Assembly (NCBI GenBank): GCA_951828385.1 | Contig: OX639973.1 | Coordinates: 2,329,564 to 2,393,563, forward strand | DNA length: 64,000 nt | Source: an uncultured Poribacteria bacterium | GTDB lineage: Bacteria; Poribacteria; WGA-4E; WGA-3G | Direction: 5' to 3' | Shown here: piece by piece, positions 30,357 to 40,205 of the stretch | How the letters are laid out: the number at the start of each line of letters is the position of its first letter | Position numbering within the stretch: position 1 is the stretch's first letter | Notes under the pieces: generated by a model | The model's input: only the letters and a program-made list of their open reading frames with translations | The model's database searches: none | What the model was told of the DNA's origin: nothing | Made by a program: the position numbers and the translations under genes

Positions 30357-31319
30357 CTAGATTAGCTGCGCAATAACAGCGTTCGTCTGCAAGCCTGCCT
30401 CACCGGAACACCGGATCGGTTCACCCGTCTTGAGATGATTGATAAAATCTTCTACAAGCCCAGTATGCGTGTGCGGTAACGGGGTCTGGTGCAGTTCAAC
30501 CAATCCTTCTGACTTCGTTTCAAGCGTCAGGTTCCCCGAATTCAGCGGCAAACACCGCAAACACCCGCCCGTGCCGTAGACCTCAACATCGTCGATCGAG
30601 ACCCCGATATTCCAATTGATGTTCGCAACGGCATGTACCCCACTCTCAAAACGGAGCGTAAACACGGCGGAATCATCCACTTCTATATCCAAGTGGACGG
30701 TCTCCGCATAGCCTTGCACAGATTCGACATCCCCCATCAAATACTGAAGCAGTGAGATGCGGTGGCTACCGAGATCCATCAGCACCCCGCCACCACTGAT
30801 TTTGGGGTCCACCCGCCAGCTGCTCAGATCGTGTCGATTCGGATTATAGAAACCGGTATGATTCACCTTTGCAAGCACCACCTCACCGATAGCACCTTCA
30901 CTCATCAACGCCTTCATCTTCACAATATTCGGATAGAAGTTCCGGTAATAGGCGAGCATCAAGGTAACGCCGGCATCTCGGCAGGCATCCACCATCCGTT
31001 GACACTCTTCAACCGTCATCGCCATCGGTTTTTCGCAGAGGACGTGCTTACCGGCTTCCGCTGTGCGGATAACGTGTTCACAGTGGAGATATGGCGGCGT
31101 TGCGACGTAGATTGCATTGAGTGCGTCATCTGCGAGGAGCGCGCCAACATCGGTATAGACGCGTTTCGCGCCGTGTCGCTCGGCGAAGTCTTCCGCTTTG
31201 GCGCGGTCGCGCCGCATCACAGCGATGAGTTCTGAGTCATCAACGCTATAAAGCGGCGGTCCACCTTTATATTCAGCGACATCACCACAACCGAGTATGC
31301 CCCATCTGACCGTTGCCAT
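30357..31319 (-). CDS. Gfo/Idh/MocA family oxidoreductase
   Basis: GAGGAG before MATVRWGILGCGDVA; CEKPMA, GGGVLMDLGSH. Confidence 0.9.
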   Translation of the reverse strand: MATVRWGILGCGDVAEYKGGPPLYSVDDSELIAVMRRDRAKAEDFAERHGAKRVYTDVGALLADDALNAIYVATPPYLHCEHVIRTAEAGKHVLCEKPMAMTVEECQRMVDACRDAGVTLMLAYYRNFYPNIVKMKALMSEGAIGEVVLAKVNHTGFYNPNRHDLSSWRVDPKISGGGVLMDLGSHRISLLQYLMGDVESVQGYAETVHLDIEVDDSAVFTLRFESGVHAVANINWNIGVSIDDVEVYGTGGCLRCLPLNSGNLTLETKSEGLVELHQTPLPHTHTGLVEDFINHLKTGEPIRCSGEAGLQTNAVIAQLI

Positions 31320-31405
31320 GAAAAATACTCCTCTTCCTGTAGGATTCTCACTGCCAAGCACTCTCGGTCGCGATACGCAAACCAGAAATTTAGATGGACA
31401 AACGA

Positions 31406-32344
31406 CTAAGATGAACCGTTAGCATCAACGGCCTCGCTTAAACTTAAAGTTTGCTCAAATGCCTCAAGGCTCGGTGTCTGTAATGCTTCGCGGCGCAACT
31501 GTCTGAGATGCTGCACTGCGTCAATGCGCTCAAGCACTGATGCCACTGTTTGCAAGTCGCGTGCGTTGAAACGCACCTCCAAATTTTCAAGGATGCCCTC
31601 AATAAGGCTTTCTCGTGTTCCGCGTTCAATGCCTTGTTGTAGGAAATGTTGAATAACCGATGATTCTTGCATGATCGTCTCCATTATAGTCTCACGAATG
31701 GTTGGATAATCAAATACTAACCCGCCCAAAATCGCTAAATCTGCCAAATAATCCGCCTTTGCTATATCATCCTGTGGTACGGCATTGGCAGCCTCAACGC
31801 ATTGCCGGATCCACTCCTTAGGTTCCATATTTTCAGGGTGTTTCATCAACGGCGTAAAAGGTATCAAGCCTTTCATCCCTGCTTCCAGAAACGAGGAACC
31901 TTCCAAATCGTACAGCCGGATCACCTTGTATCGGATGCGAATCTCATAGTCTTGCATCTCTTGAATATATTCACCGGGGTCCGTCCTGCCCGCCCGCGGG
32001 TGCAGGTAGATAACATGTGAATAAACAGGTAACTGAAAAGACTCAATCCCTCTACCAGCATAACCTGCCATCCTATACGGCATCGGTACCTCTCTGCTGT
32101 CGTGCGTTTGCATCTCCAAATGCACAATAACTTCTTTGCCGTGGACGTTCGCGCGTATAAAACTATCAGCACGATTGGATTTAACAGTAGGCTGCTCGGT
32201 TTCAAGCACCTCAATCACCTCTGCTCCCGGGATGCCGAGGCTAAACCTTAACCAGTCCCCAGGGTTTTGGTGAATCAGTACTTTTGAAACAGTATCATAT
32301 TGTCCGCGCGCGTTGGAAGCTGAAAGTTCCTATTTTCTTGCCAT
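31406..32344 (-). pseudogene. Rpn-like (PD-(D/E)xK) nuclease gene with a TAG at codon 5
   Basis: ATG 32344 reads MARK*ELSASNARGQYDTVSKVLIHQNPGDWLRFSLG in frame with the 270-aa ORF (RADSFI, HLEMQT, MPYRMAGY). Confidence 0.7.
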
Positions 32345-32937
32345 ATCGGATACACTTATTGCGGATGCAATGTCTGCACTGTTCTCTCCATTCGCGTTAA
32401 TACGTCGCTGTTGCAGTTTACCATACATCGACCGTGAGTGTCAAATAATTTTGGGTTCCTGCAGAGTTATTTATGTTCGGGCAATTGTGACGTTTGAATG
32501 TGACGTGTTTAAACGTCACTGTGACGTGCAGATGTCAAGCGGCCCGTGGGAATGTGACGTTTTTTGCTATTTTTTCCGTGTGAGGTGTTCGCTTGATTCA
32601 ATTTTAACTTTTAGTTATGAATACACTTTAATTATATAACGTTCTCGTTAAAAAATGTTACACCAGTGTAACATTTGGCGTACAGGGCATATCGGCAGAG
32701 AATCCAGTGGATATAAGGGTTCATAGTCGTTTTATTTTCCGATTTTCCGCGGTGAAAAAAATAATTTGGTGTAACATTTTGGATCCTGTGAACAGCATCA
32801 GGGTCAAACATGAATCCTATTTCCTGTATAGTATAATTATATCATGTATTTGTGCAGGTGTCAAGTTTTTTACTTTCTTGAATATTGGTGGAAAATCTGT
32901 TAGGATATTGGAGAAAGAAAAAACAGGAGGATGGACG

Positions 32938-33333
32938 ATGGCAAACAATGCAACACTTGAGAGAATCTACCCATTTTTTATCGTTAAAAACCTTGCGGAG
33001 TCAATAGACTTCTACAATCAAAAACTCGGTTTCGAGACAGATATGCTTATCCCAGAAGATGATCCATTTTTCGCGATCGTGTCTCGCGATAACGTGCGGA
33101 TACTCCTCAAACATATCACTGAAGATATTCATCCAGTACCGAACCACACACGGCACGAGTGGGCAAGATGGGATGCGTTCATTCTGGTTTCTGATCCTGA
33201 CGCGTTGTTTGCTGAGTTTCAGTCTCGTGGATTGGCGTTCCACGAACCGCTTGCGGACACCGACGACGGTCTCCGTGCTTTTGAACTCAAGGATCGTGAT
33301 GGGTATGTTTTGTGTTTTGGGAGATCGCTTTGA
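32938..33333 (+). CDS. VOC/bleomycin-resistance family protein
   Basis: AGGAGG before ATG 32938; VKNLAESIDFYNQKLGF, GLRAFELKDRDGYVLCFG. Confidence 0.88.
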   Translation: MANNATLERIYPFFIVKNLAESIDFYNQKLGFETDMLIPEDDPFFAIVSRDNVRILLKHITEDIHPVPNHTRHEWARWDAFILVSDPDALFAEFQSRGLAFHEPLADTDDGLRAFELKDRDGYVLCFGRSL

Positions 33334-33530
33334 GCGGAGAATTATCTGAATCGCGGATTACACGGATTACGCAGATTTACGCGGAAGGAGTTCTCTCGCT
33401 CCAGCGGAGCAACATGTCTATAGCCAAAACGTCTAACAAGGCCGGCACTCCAGCGGAGTGTTATGTTTGAGAAATTTCCAAAGTTGGGTATAAACAAAAG
33501 GCAGGACTGTTTGCCTGCCAATGATTAGCA

Positions 33531-33734
33531 TTATTTTGACCGGCTGAATCTTTTCACAGCATCATTGAGTGCTTTGATGTATGCTGCCTGTGCTTTCTTT
33601 ACTTTAGATGTATGACTCCTATTTGAAACACGAACTGCTTCCTGAACCGCATCAATTGCCCTACGAACTGCTTCACTATCAGCTCCACTTTTTCTGACAG
33701 TAGAGAATATATAGTCAGTTTTCATACGAGACAT
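33531..33734 (-). CDS. Small basic helical hypothetical protein (cassette 1)
   Basis: Own promoter TTGCAA-17-TATAAT (33797-33769), AAGGAGG RBS, and terminator GGCAGG..CCTGCC-TTTT at about 33496-33520. Confidence 0.7.
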   Translation of the reverse strand: MSRMKTDYIFSTVRKSGADSEAVRRAIDAVQEAVRVSNRSHTSKVKKAQAAYIKALNDAVKRFSRSK

Positions 33735-34178
33735 CAGTTTGTCCTCCTTGTTAGTAAAGACAATTTAAATTATATATCTGTTCGCAAAAAATTGCAACTT
33801 AAATTTTTATTTTATCTGGGTTTCCGATCCCGACGCGCTGTTTGCTGAGTATCAGTCTCGTGGGTTGGAATTCCACGAACCCCTCGCAAATACCGACGAC
33901 GGTCTCCGCGCCTTTGAACTCAAGGATTATGACGGGTATGTTTTGTGTTTTGGGAGATCGCTTTGAGCGGAGAATTGTCTGAATCGCGGATTACACGGAT
34001 TACGCAGATTTACGCGGAAGGCGTTCTCTCGTTCCAGCGGAGCAACATGTCTATAGCCAATACGTCTAACAAGACCGGCACTCCAGCGGAGTGCTATGTT
34101 TGAGAAATTTCCAAAGTTGGGTATAAATGATGGGAAACCACTTTGATAGGAGATGGAATGAAAATGGGCAATTCTATG

Positions 34179-34514
34179 CTAATTCTTTGTAGCATTTTGT
34201 GAGAGAAATACTGCTAAATCCTCACATTTACCCACATGAAAGTCAACACTGACCTGCTTCAGTATAGCGTCAAGTTTTCCCGCTTTTACGTCTTCCTTTA
34301 ACTGCTTGTCCCACGCTTGCCAATCTGCTTCAAGAACTTGATAAAGCGTATTTTCAAGGGTTTCTAATAATACGGCTTGTGTATCTGCCTCATACTTCAC
34401 CTTGGGATGTTCCTGTATCCATCCTATCCATCGCTTGCCATTTTTTTCGATTTTGGCGGTATAGATCTCGCCATCTTCCACATCATGAATTTTAACGGTT
34501 TGGATGTGGTCCAT
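34179..34514 (-). CDS. HicB-like orphan antitoxin (cassette 2)
   Basis: YTAKIEKNGKRWIGWIQEHPKV..ADTQAVLLETL resembles the HicB RNase H-like part; promoter TTGACT-17-CATAAT (34592-34564); GGAGGAG RBS. Confidence 0.6.
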   Translation of the reverse strand: MDHIQTVKIHDVEDGEIYTAKIEKNGKRWIGWIQEHPKVKYEADTQAVLLETLENTLYQVLEADWQAWDKQLKEDVKAGKLDAILKQVSVDFHVGKCEDLAVFLSQNATKN

Positions 34515-34783
34515 GTTTTGCTCCTCCGATAAGGTCTACCTGCACGATATTTGGTAATACAGTATTATGTGATAATTGGGGTGAAAAGTCAAATTTATTC
34601 TCAATGTCCAAGCGTACCGTTTGCTGAGTTGCAGTCGCGTGAACTGGCGTTCCACGAACCGATCGCCGACACCGACGACGGTCTCCGCGCTTTTGAACTC
34701 AAGGATCATGATGGATATGTGTTGTGTTTTGGGAAACCACTTTGAATAGATAAGCGGTAAAATGGATAATAAAAATTCAAGGT

Positions 34784-37231
34784 TTAAGGAGCTAAGAGTT
34801 TTACACAACGGAATCCAGTAGTGTTACTCGTACGCACTGGTGAATCGCTGGAGCGATAAGCAATTCGCACGTAGTTTGCATTACTGGACCAGGAACCACC
34901 ACGCAATACACGGCTAGCGTTGAGATTCTTAAAATCACGAACAATACTATAAATACTCCCACCAGCAACGGGATTTCGACGCGCAGAGTTGGCATAAAAG
35001 CTGCTGCTATACGCGTCAAGACACCACTCCGATACATTTCCTACCATATCATATAGTCCATAAGGATTCGCTTGGTAATTGCCAATACGGGTGGCACTAC
35101 CAACATTCTGGTCATAGTTTGCTGTTTGGGAATTAACCAGATTACCCGACAGATAGTTGTTGACCAATCCACCACGCGCTGCCTTCTCCCATTCTGCTTC
35201 CGTTGGTAGGCGTTTCCCTTTCCACTGTGCATACGCCATAGCTGCATACCAGCTTACCCAAGTAACAGGGTGATTACCTTTCCCGTACGGATATCTATTT
35301 CCAATCCAATGTTTCAAGTAATCACCATCATGGTATGCCTGAAGAATGCGATCTTTTCGCCACTGTGGATTGGCATCAACAAATTTTTTATAATCCTCAT
35401 TAGTTACCTCATACTTGTCAATGTAAAATGAATTAACATAAACTGTATGCACTGGTTTCTCATCGGAATACGCAGCAGCATCGTTACTTCCTATACGAAA
35501 GTTGCCAGCAGGAATCAGAACCATTCCTGCTAATTCCATGGAATTGCGTGTTGGAAGTTGCAATGGACTAACCCTGGAAGTCGATCTTTGAATCTCTGTG
35601 TCCTTTTCAGCAAGCTGCCTTTTCAACTTTTTGTTTTCGCTATTAAGTGTCCTTTTTTCGTCTTCCAGCCTCTGAGAACCATCTTTCAGCGTTTGAAAGT
35701 TGCTCGAAAGTTGTTGAATTTCAATATCCTTGGCTTTAACTTTATGAAGAGCCGCGTTTTTTTCTTCTATTTGTGCTGCTAATACCGCAGCACAAACGAC
35801 TAAGACTATACCGAAGAAAAATGTAAGATACTGCCAAATATTAGTCTCAGACTTTGGTGTTGGTGCCACAGGGTCTGGTGTTGTTGGGCCAGGATTTGAT
35901 ATTGGATTAGGAGGTGATGGTTTCGTAAGAGACGGGGACACTGGCTTAGTCGACTTTGAAGGCACAAAATGTAACAGATTTATAGTGTCCAAAAGTTGAC
36001 GGGCAGGCTGATAGTGTGGATCAATCCTTAAGGCTGCATTTGCCGCCACTGTCGCCCTGATGTTACTGCCCGATTTAAAATAGGCAAGACCCAACGCATG
36101 GTGTGCTTCTTTATAGTTAGGCTCGTCTTTTATCAGTTGCTCAAACGTGTTAATGGCATCGGCATACCGTTTACTGTGTAAAAAAACACGCCCGATACCG
36201 TAGCGTGCCTTCTCATAGTTGGGGTCAAGTGCTATCGCCTTTCGGAACTCTGCAAGTGCCTCGTTATACCGTTCATCGTTTAGAAGTACCTCCCCCCGAT
36301 TGCTACAGGTATTGGCATTCGGTTTTGGCAATATCGCTTCCAAGGGTGCTAATTGATCAATAGAAGTTTTAGCACAAAAGTCCTTCAACGTTGCTGCCAA
36401 CTGTTGAACGTCAGGCGATAACTTTTCAAGTTCTTGGAAAATGTCTGATTGGTCAGGATTTTCAAAATCCTCCTTTGAAAATAGTAAGCCTCTTTCGGTT
36501 TTATCTTTAACCCGATTCCAAAGTTCAGGTTTTTCTGCCAAACTCAGAAAGGAAAGGTAAATAACCAATTCCGAGAAATAGTCAACCTTTTCGTTGGCTT
36601 GACCACCACTTACCATTCTTGTCGGGTGTTGGTATTCCGGTAGTCCGACAATTTGTTCTGGCTGCCCTTGAAGCGTTGGAACAAACAAACCGTCATAGTC
36701 TATCAATTTGAGTTTGACATCAACCCCATTTTGTTTGATCAGGATATTTCCATCTTGCAAATCGCCGTGTGAAACCCCATGTTTATGAAGAATAGCAACC
36801 ATTTCCTGAAAATCATCTGCTATAACTTTAAAGATGTGAGGACTCTGCAAATTTTGTTCAATAGACTCACGGAGTGATACGCCCTCTACCCATTCCATGC
36901 GTGTGATAGGGTGCTTTTTCCCCATCACCATAATGCCTTCAGGTTCATACCTAAAATCAACAAACCAAGGCAGGCTCACCTGTCGCAAATAATCTGATAT
37001 TTTTTCGTAGCGAATTTGTGCATCGTCAATACCTTTCGTCCAACAACGCAATGCCAAGGTTTTAGACGCTACATCAATAGGGAAAACGATTGAAAATCCT
37101 CCTGCGTATGACAGCACGAAGTTGTCTTTCCCCACCTTAACTTTTCCACCTTTGAGGTTTGGATCTTGCAAACTTAAATGAGGATAGTTCCGCACTGCCG
37201 TAGTATATTCGGCGGGGCTTGGCCACTGCAT
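34784..37231 (-). CDS. Ser/Thr kinase-like protein with TPRs, TM helix, coiled coil and C-terminal FGE-sulfatase domain
   Basis: AGGFSIVF, HGDLQDGNIL, LIDYDG, YQHPTR; TPRs (YNEALAEFRKAIALDPNY); TM YLTFFFGIVLVVCAAVLAA; RLPTEAEWEKAARGG...GFRCV. Confidence 0.88.
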   Translation of the reverse strand: MQWPSPAEYTTAVRNYPHLSLQDPNLKGGKVKVGKDNFVLSYAGGFSIVFPIDVASKTLALRCWTKGIDDAQIRYEKISDYLRQVSLPWFVDFRYEPEGIMVMGKKHPITRMEWVEGVSLRESIEQNLQSPHIFKVIADDFQEMVAILHKHGVSHGDLQDGNILIKQNGVDVKLKLIDYDGLFVPTLQGQPEQIVGLPEYQHPTRMVSGGQANEKVDYFSELVIYLSFLSLAEKPELWNRVKDKTERGLLFSKEDFENPDQSDIFQELEKLSPDVQQLAATLKDFCAKTSIDQLAPLEAILPKPNANTCSNRGEVLLNDERYNEALAEFRKAIALDPNYEKARYGIGRVFLHSKRYADAINTFEQLIKDEPNYKEAHHALGLAYFKSGSNIRATVAANAALRIDPHYQPARQLLDTINLLHFVPSKSTKPVSPSLTKPSPPNPISNPGPTTPDPVAPTPKSETNIWQYLTFFFGIVLVVCAAVLAAQIEEKNAALHKVKAKDIEIQQLSSNFQTLKDGSQRLEDEKRTLNSENKKLKRQLAEKDTEIQRSTSRVSPLQLPTRNSMELAGMVLIPAGNFRIGSNDAAAYSDEKPVHTVYVNSFYIDKYEVTNEDYKKFVDANPQWRKDRILQAYHDGDYLKHWIGNRYPYGKGNHPVTWVSWYAAMAYAQWKGKRLPTEAEWEKAARGGLVNNYLSGNLVNSQTANYDQNVGSATRIGNYQANPYGLYDMVGNVSEWCLDAYSSSFYANSARRNPVAGGSIYSIVRDFKNLNASRVLRGGSWSSNANYVRIAYRSSDSPVRTSNTTGFRCVKLLAP

Positions 37232-37251
37232 CCTTTGCTCCTGTTATTTTA

Positions 37252-38178
37252 CTAACTTTTATTGAGTAAAATCAAGACGAGAATGATAGCTCCGACAACA
37301 AATCCAAAAATTCCAGCCAGTATAACCCAAAAGACAAACGCTAAGTCATTAACAGGTGATTCAACATCTTCTGAAGTTTGTACTTCCAAAGAAAGCACCT
37401 CCGCGTCTTCCTCGGTTTCAGGTGGCTCAGTTTCTTCAATCGAAATTAACATTAACGTTACATCGTCATTTACCAAACGAATATTTTCGTTATCACGTGC
37501 TAAATCGACGAAACTATAAAATTGCTCACTAGTTCTTATCCGTTTGAGATGATTCAGAGCTTCTTCTACTTGATCAGTTTCTTCATGTTGCACAATCCAT
37601 TTCGCCAAAGCATCCGTTGCTAAGATAAACATATCTCCAGATTGGATTTCACCACCTACAAATTTCGGATTGTAGTGGTTCCTCTCAGGAAAGCTAGCAA
37701 AAGCCTCCGGATGATTTGTAAAATCCTCTGATCTTTCTATCAGATGACTCTTAAATCCAGAGTGACTCTTATGAAAGAGGCAGCTATCACCTATAATTAC
37801 TGCTTGCCATCTTCCTTCAGCTTTGTCAATTTCAAGCCCGATGAAAGTAGCAACAGCAGGCTCCCGGGCGTTAAATGAGTTTGTGAGATAAAATTGATTC
37901 CGTGCTTTAACTCTTTTTTCAACTCGTTTGTACCATTCCTCTTGAATAGGAACCAACCACTCTTTCCAATTTTCTCCACTTAAAAATAGATCAGATCTCT
38001 CACAAAAATGTTTGACAAGGAGTTCCGCCCAGCATTTTGGAAAGAAAGAGCGGGTTGCACCATCTGCAACAGCATAACGGGAGTGCTCTTTGTTTACCTC
38101 AAGAGCATCCTGGCAATCATCTAAACTTTCCGCTTTTTTATGTGTAATGAAGGGGTAGATAGTTAGATTCATCATCAC
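37252..38178 (-). CDS. PP2C-family phosphatase with C-terminal membrane anchor
   Basis: CQDA, AVADGAT, IGDSCLF, LATDAL, NDDVT; hydrophobic C-terminus. Confidence 0.88.
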   Translation of the reverse strand: MMMNLTIYPFITHKKAESLDDCQDALEVNKEHSRYAVADGATRSFFPKCWAELLVKHFCERSDLFLSGENWKEWLVPIQEEWYKRVEKRVKARNQFYLTNSFNAREPAVATFIGLEIDKAEGRWQAVIIGDSCLFHKSHSGFKSHLIERSEDFTNHPEAFASFPERNHYNPKFVGGEIQSGDMFILATDALAKWIVQHEETDQVEEALNHLKRIRTSEQFYSFVDLARDNENIRLVNDDVTLMLISIEETEPPETEEDAEVLSLEVQTSEDVESPVNDLAFVFWVILAGIFGFVVGAIILVLILLNKS

Positions 38179-38179
38179 T

Positions 38180-39421
38180 TTAGTCAGCAGGTGCGGGAAG
38201 AACTCGAACTCCCGTAAAACCCGTACTACCGAATTGCAAGAGTTGAATCATCAAAACTTCATCGGCATTATACACAAAACATCTCGCCCCTGGCTCCGGT
38301 GAAAATCCTGCTTCCTCCGCCGCTTTAAACAATTCTGGAGGTAAGGCACTAGAGATATCAAAGAGATATTCTGCCAATGGCTGACCTGAAAACTGATCTG
38401 TGTTATGCGACAAAGGCTTTACTATATTGCCTTTGTTAGTAATATGAATATTAAAAACTAGAGAGGCTCCATCTGTGGTGCGGGAATTCATTATTTTTCT
38501 TGCCGCATCTGCTGCTAAATCGGGACGGGTAGCGGCACCATCCGTAATGTTGATGACTATTGGAGGAAAAGCGTCAGGCCTGTCAGAAATCCAATCCTCA
38601 ATTATCTCTGCAGCACGTTCAAATGCCTTATGCATCGGTGTCTGACTATTTGCCTTAGGTTCTAACCATATTGGCACCTCACTTTCAATCTCAATTACTC
38701 CCCCTGCTCCATCGGGTATAAGCTTTTTGACTTTCTTTATATCAATGATGGCTGAGACAATCTCCGATATCATACCATCAACAACACAATTGACGTTCTC
38801 GCCATAACCAATCACGGAAATATGACATCGTTCTCTAATTGTGTCTCCGCTTCGGCATGCTAAAACGATGTTTTCAATGACAGAATTGACTGCCTGTGTT
38901 GCCCGTTCTGCCTTGGTTCCATCTCCAAAGGATTCCGACATTGACCAAGATTGATCGACCAAGATGATGATACAACCTGGATTAGATGTTCCAATAGGCA
39001 CATTGCTATATTCAGTTTTTGACGACGTTCCGATAGGAACAATGCTATCTGCCATTTCAGCGTCCTCTTTAAGAATGCCCTTCTCAAAATCAGAAGGGAC
39101 GATTTGATGAAACCGATTATGCCGAAGATTCTCGAAAAAAATCCATGAATCGCGTTCGATCCTGGGTGCGAACACACCAAAAGATGTGTCGGTTGCACTA
39201 AGATAACTTTTCAGTTGAGGAATCCCGTAATTTGCGCCGCCCGGCGATTTGCACTCTGCAATAGCGACGAATTTTCCATCAGCATCACGAAGTACAATAT
39301 CAGCTGCGCGATTATCCGTCCCCATCTGAATTTCGCATTCTTTGATAATAGAAAATTTCGAGAATTTCGGCTCAGAAAAATATGCAATGACTTCTTCTAC
39401 CACTTTATCTTCTGGTTTCAT
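38180..39421 (-). CDS. TerY-like vWA protein fused to an N-terminal HsdR_N-like PD-(D/E)xK domain
   Basis: N-terminal ADIVL...IAECK...QLKSYL; vWA MIDAS DQSWSM, TPMHKA, INITDG; consensus promoter TTGACA-16-TATAAT at 39490-39463. Confidence 0.85.
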   Translation of the reverse strand: MKPEDKVVEEVIAYFSEPKFSKFSIIKECEIQMGTDNRAADIVLRDADGKFVAIAECKSPGGANYGIPQLKSYLSATDTSFGVFAPRIERDSWIFFENLRHNRFHQIVPSDFEKGILKEDAEMADSIVPIGTSSKTEYSNVPIGTSNPGCIIILVDQSWSMSESFGDGTKAERATQAVNSVIENIVLACRSGDTIRERCHISVIGYGENVNCVVDGMISEIVSAIIDIKKVKKLIPDGAGGVIEIESEVPIWLEPKANSQTPMHKAFERAAEIIEDWISDRPDAFPPIVINITDGAATRPDLAADAARKIMNSRTTDGASLVFNIHITNKGNIVKPLSHNTDQFSGQPLAEYLFDISSALPPELFKAAEEAGFSPEPGARCFVYNADEVLMIQLLQFGSTGFTGVRVLPAPAD

Positions 39422-39777
39422 AAGCCTCCTGTTCTCCTGAGGTTTTGCTTTTTACCAAGTTGATTATATCACATATATGAATTATGTCAAGTTGTTTTTA
39501 AGCAAATTTTAGGGTATTAGTTCCGAAAATATAGGCGTAGTCAGCTGCTATACACATGCCGCCCTTACAGGGCTGAAGAGATAACAGGAACATTTTTCTA
39601 TACACATGCCGTTCCTACGGAACTGGGGAGAATTATACTTCTGGCATTCAAGACAAGGCGATTTATAGTAAAGTTTAGAATTAATAGAACACTCCGTGCC
39701 GGTTCGGTTAGGAAACCGAACCATAGGTGTCAATTTAGTCAAAGTCAATCCGTCCAGACCCGATAATTTTCAAGTCC

Positions 39778-40025
39778 CGTAGGTTGGGTTGAACGGCGTT
39801 GAGAAGTGAGATATTGACATGCCAAGCACACCTGAAAGTCAATATCCTGCCATATCCATTCAAGAACGTAGTGAAACCCAACTTTACACCGTCAGCACCC
39901 CGGAAACTTCCAAGCCAAAGCGTTGGGTTTCACTCGGTCTCTGATGGATGTGGTGTATCTGGAGATAGTTGTGTTTTTCTATGATTTTTCAGGGTTTTGG
40001 CGGCATCCGTTCTACCCAACCTACG
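39778..40025. repeat. Long palindromic REP/MITE element
   Basis: CGTAGGTTGGGTTGAACGG...AGTGAAACCCAAC mirrored by GTTGGGTTTCACT...CCGTTCTACCCAACCTACG. Confidence 0.8.
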
Positions 40026-40205
40026 GAAACTTGTTAAGAACATTAGAGTTTTTCGCGCAAGAATTGATATAAATTGAGTTAAACCTAAATAATGCATCAG
40101 TGACGCATTATCTTTGGGTGTCCTTATGTAAGCTTTGTCATAAAGTATCATAAATATCCCTTCTATACTTTAAATATCACAATAAATAGCTTTAGCCTTG
40201 AATTC

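Larger units (their letters stand above)
33178..34749 (+). repeat. Diverged direct repeats of the VOC 3' end: 33178-33494, 33811-34127, 34131-34146 (16 bp), 34619-34749
   Basis: Copy 2 is offset 633 bp from copy 1 and includes ~160 bp of downstream tail; copy 3 ends GKPL*; TGGGAAACCACTTTGA occurs twice. Confidence 0.95.

Noticed and set aside
32707-32937. N-terminal extension of the VOC ORF (208-aa call)
   Set aside because: A strong AGGAGG precedes ATG 32938; the extension is AT-rich promoter DNA.
34551-34745. 64-aa ORF as a real gene
   Set aside because: Chance read-in to the VOC 3' fragment, with no RBS.
33178-34749. VOC repeats as DGR template/variable repeats or classical integron attC sites
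   Set aside because: Differences are not confined to adenines, the repeats are coding fragments of unequal length, and no RT or IntI is in the window.
8435-37231. Diversity-generating retroelement targeting the two FGE-sulfatase C-termini
   Set aside because: No reverse transcriptase and no adenine-specific TR/VR pair seen; the similarity is ordinary paralogy.
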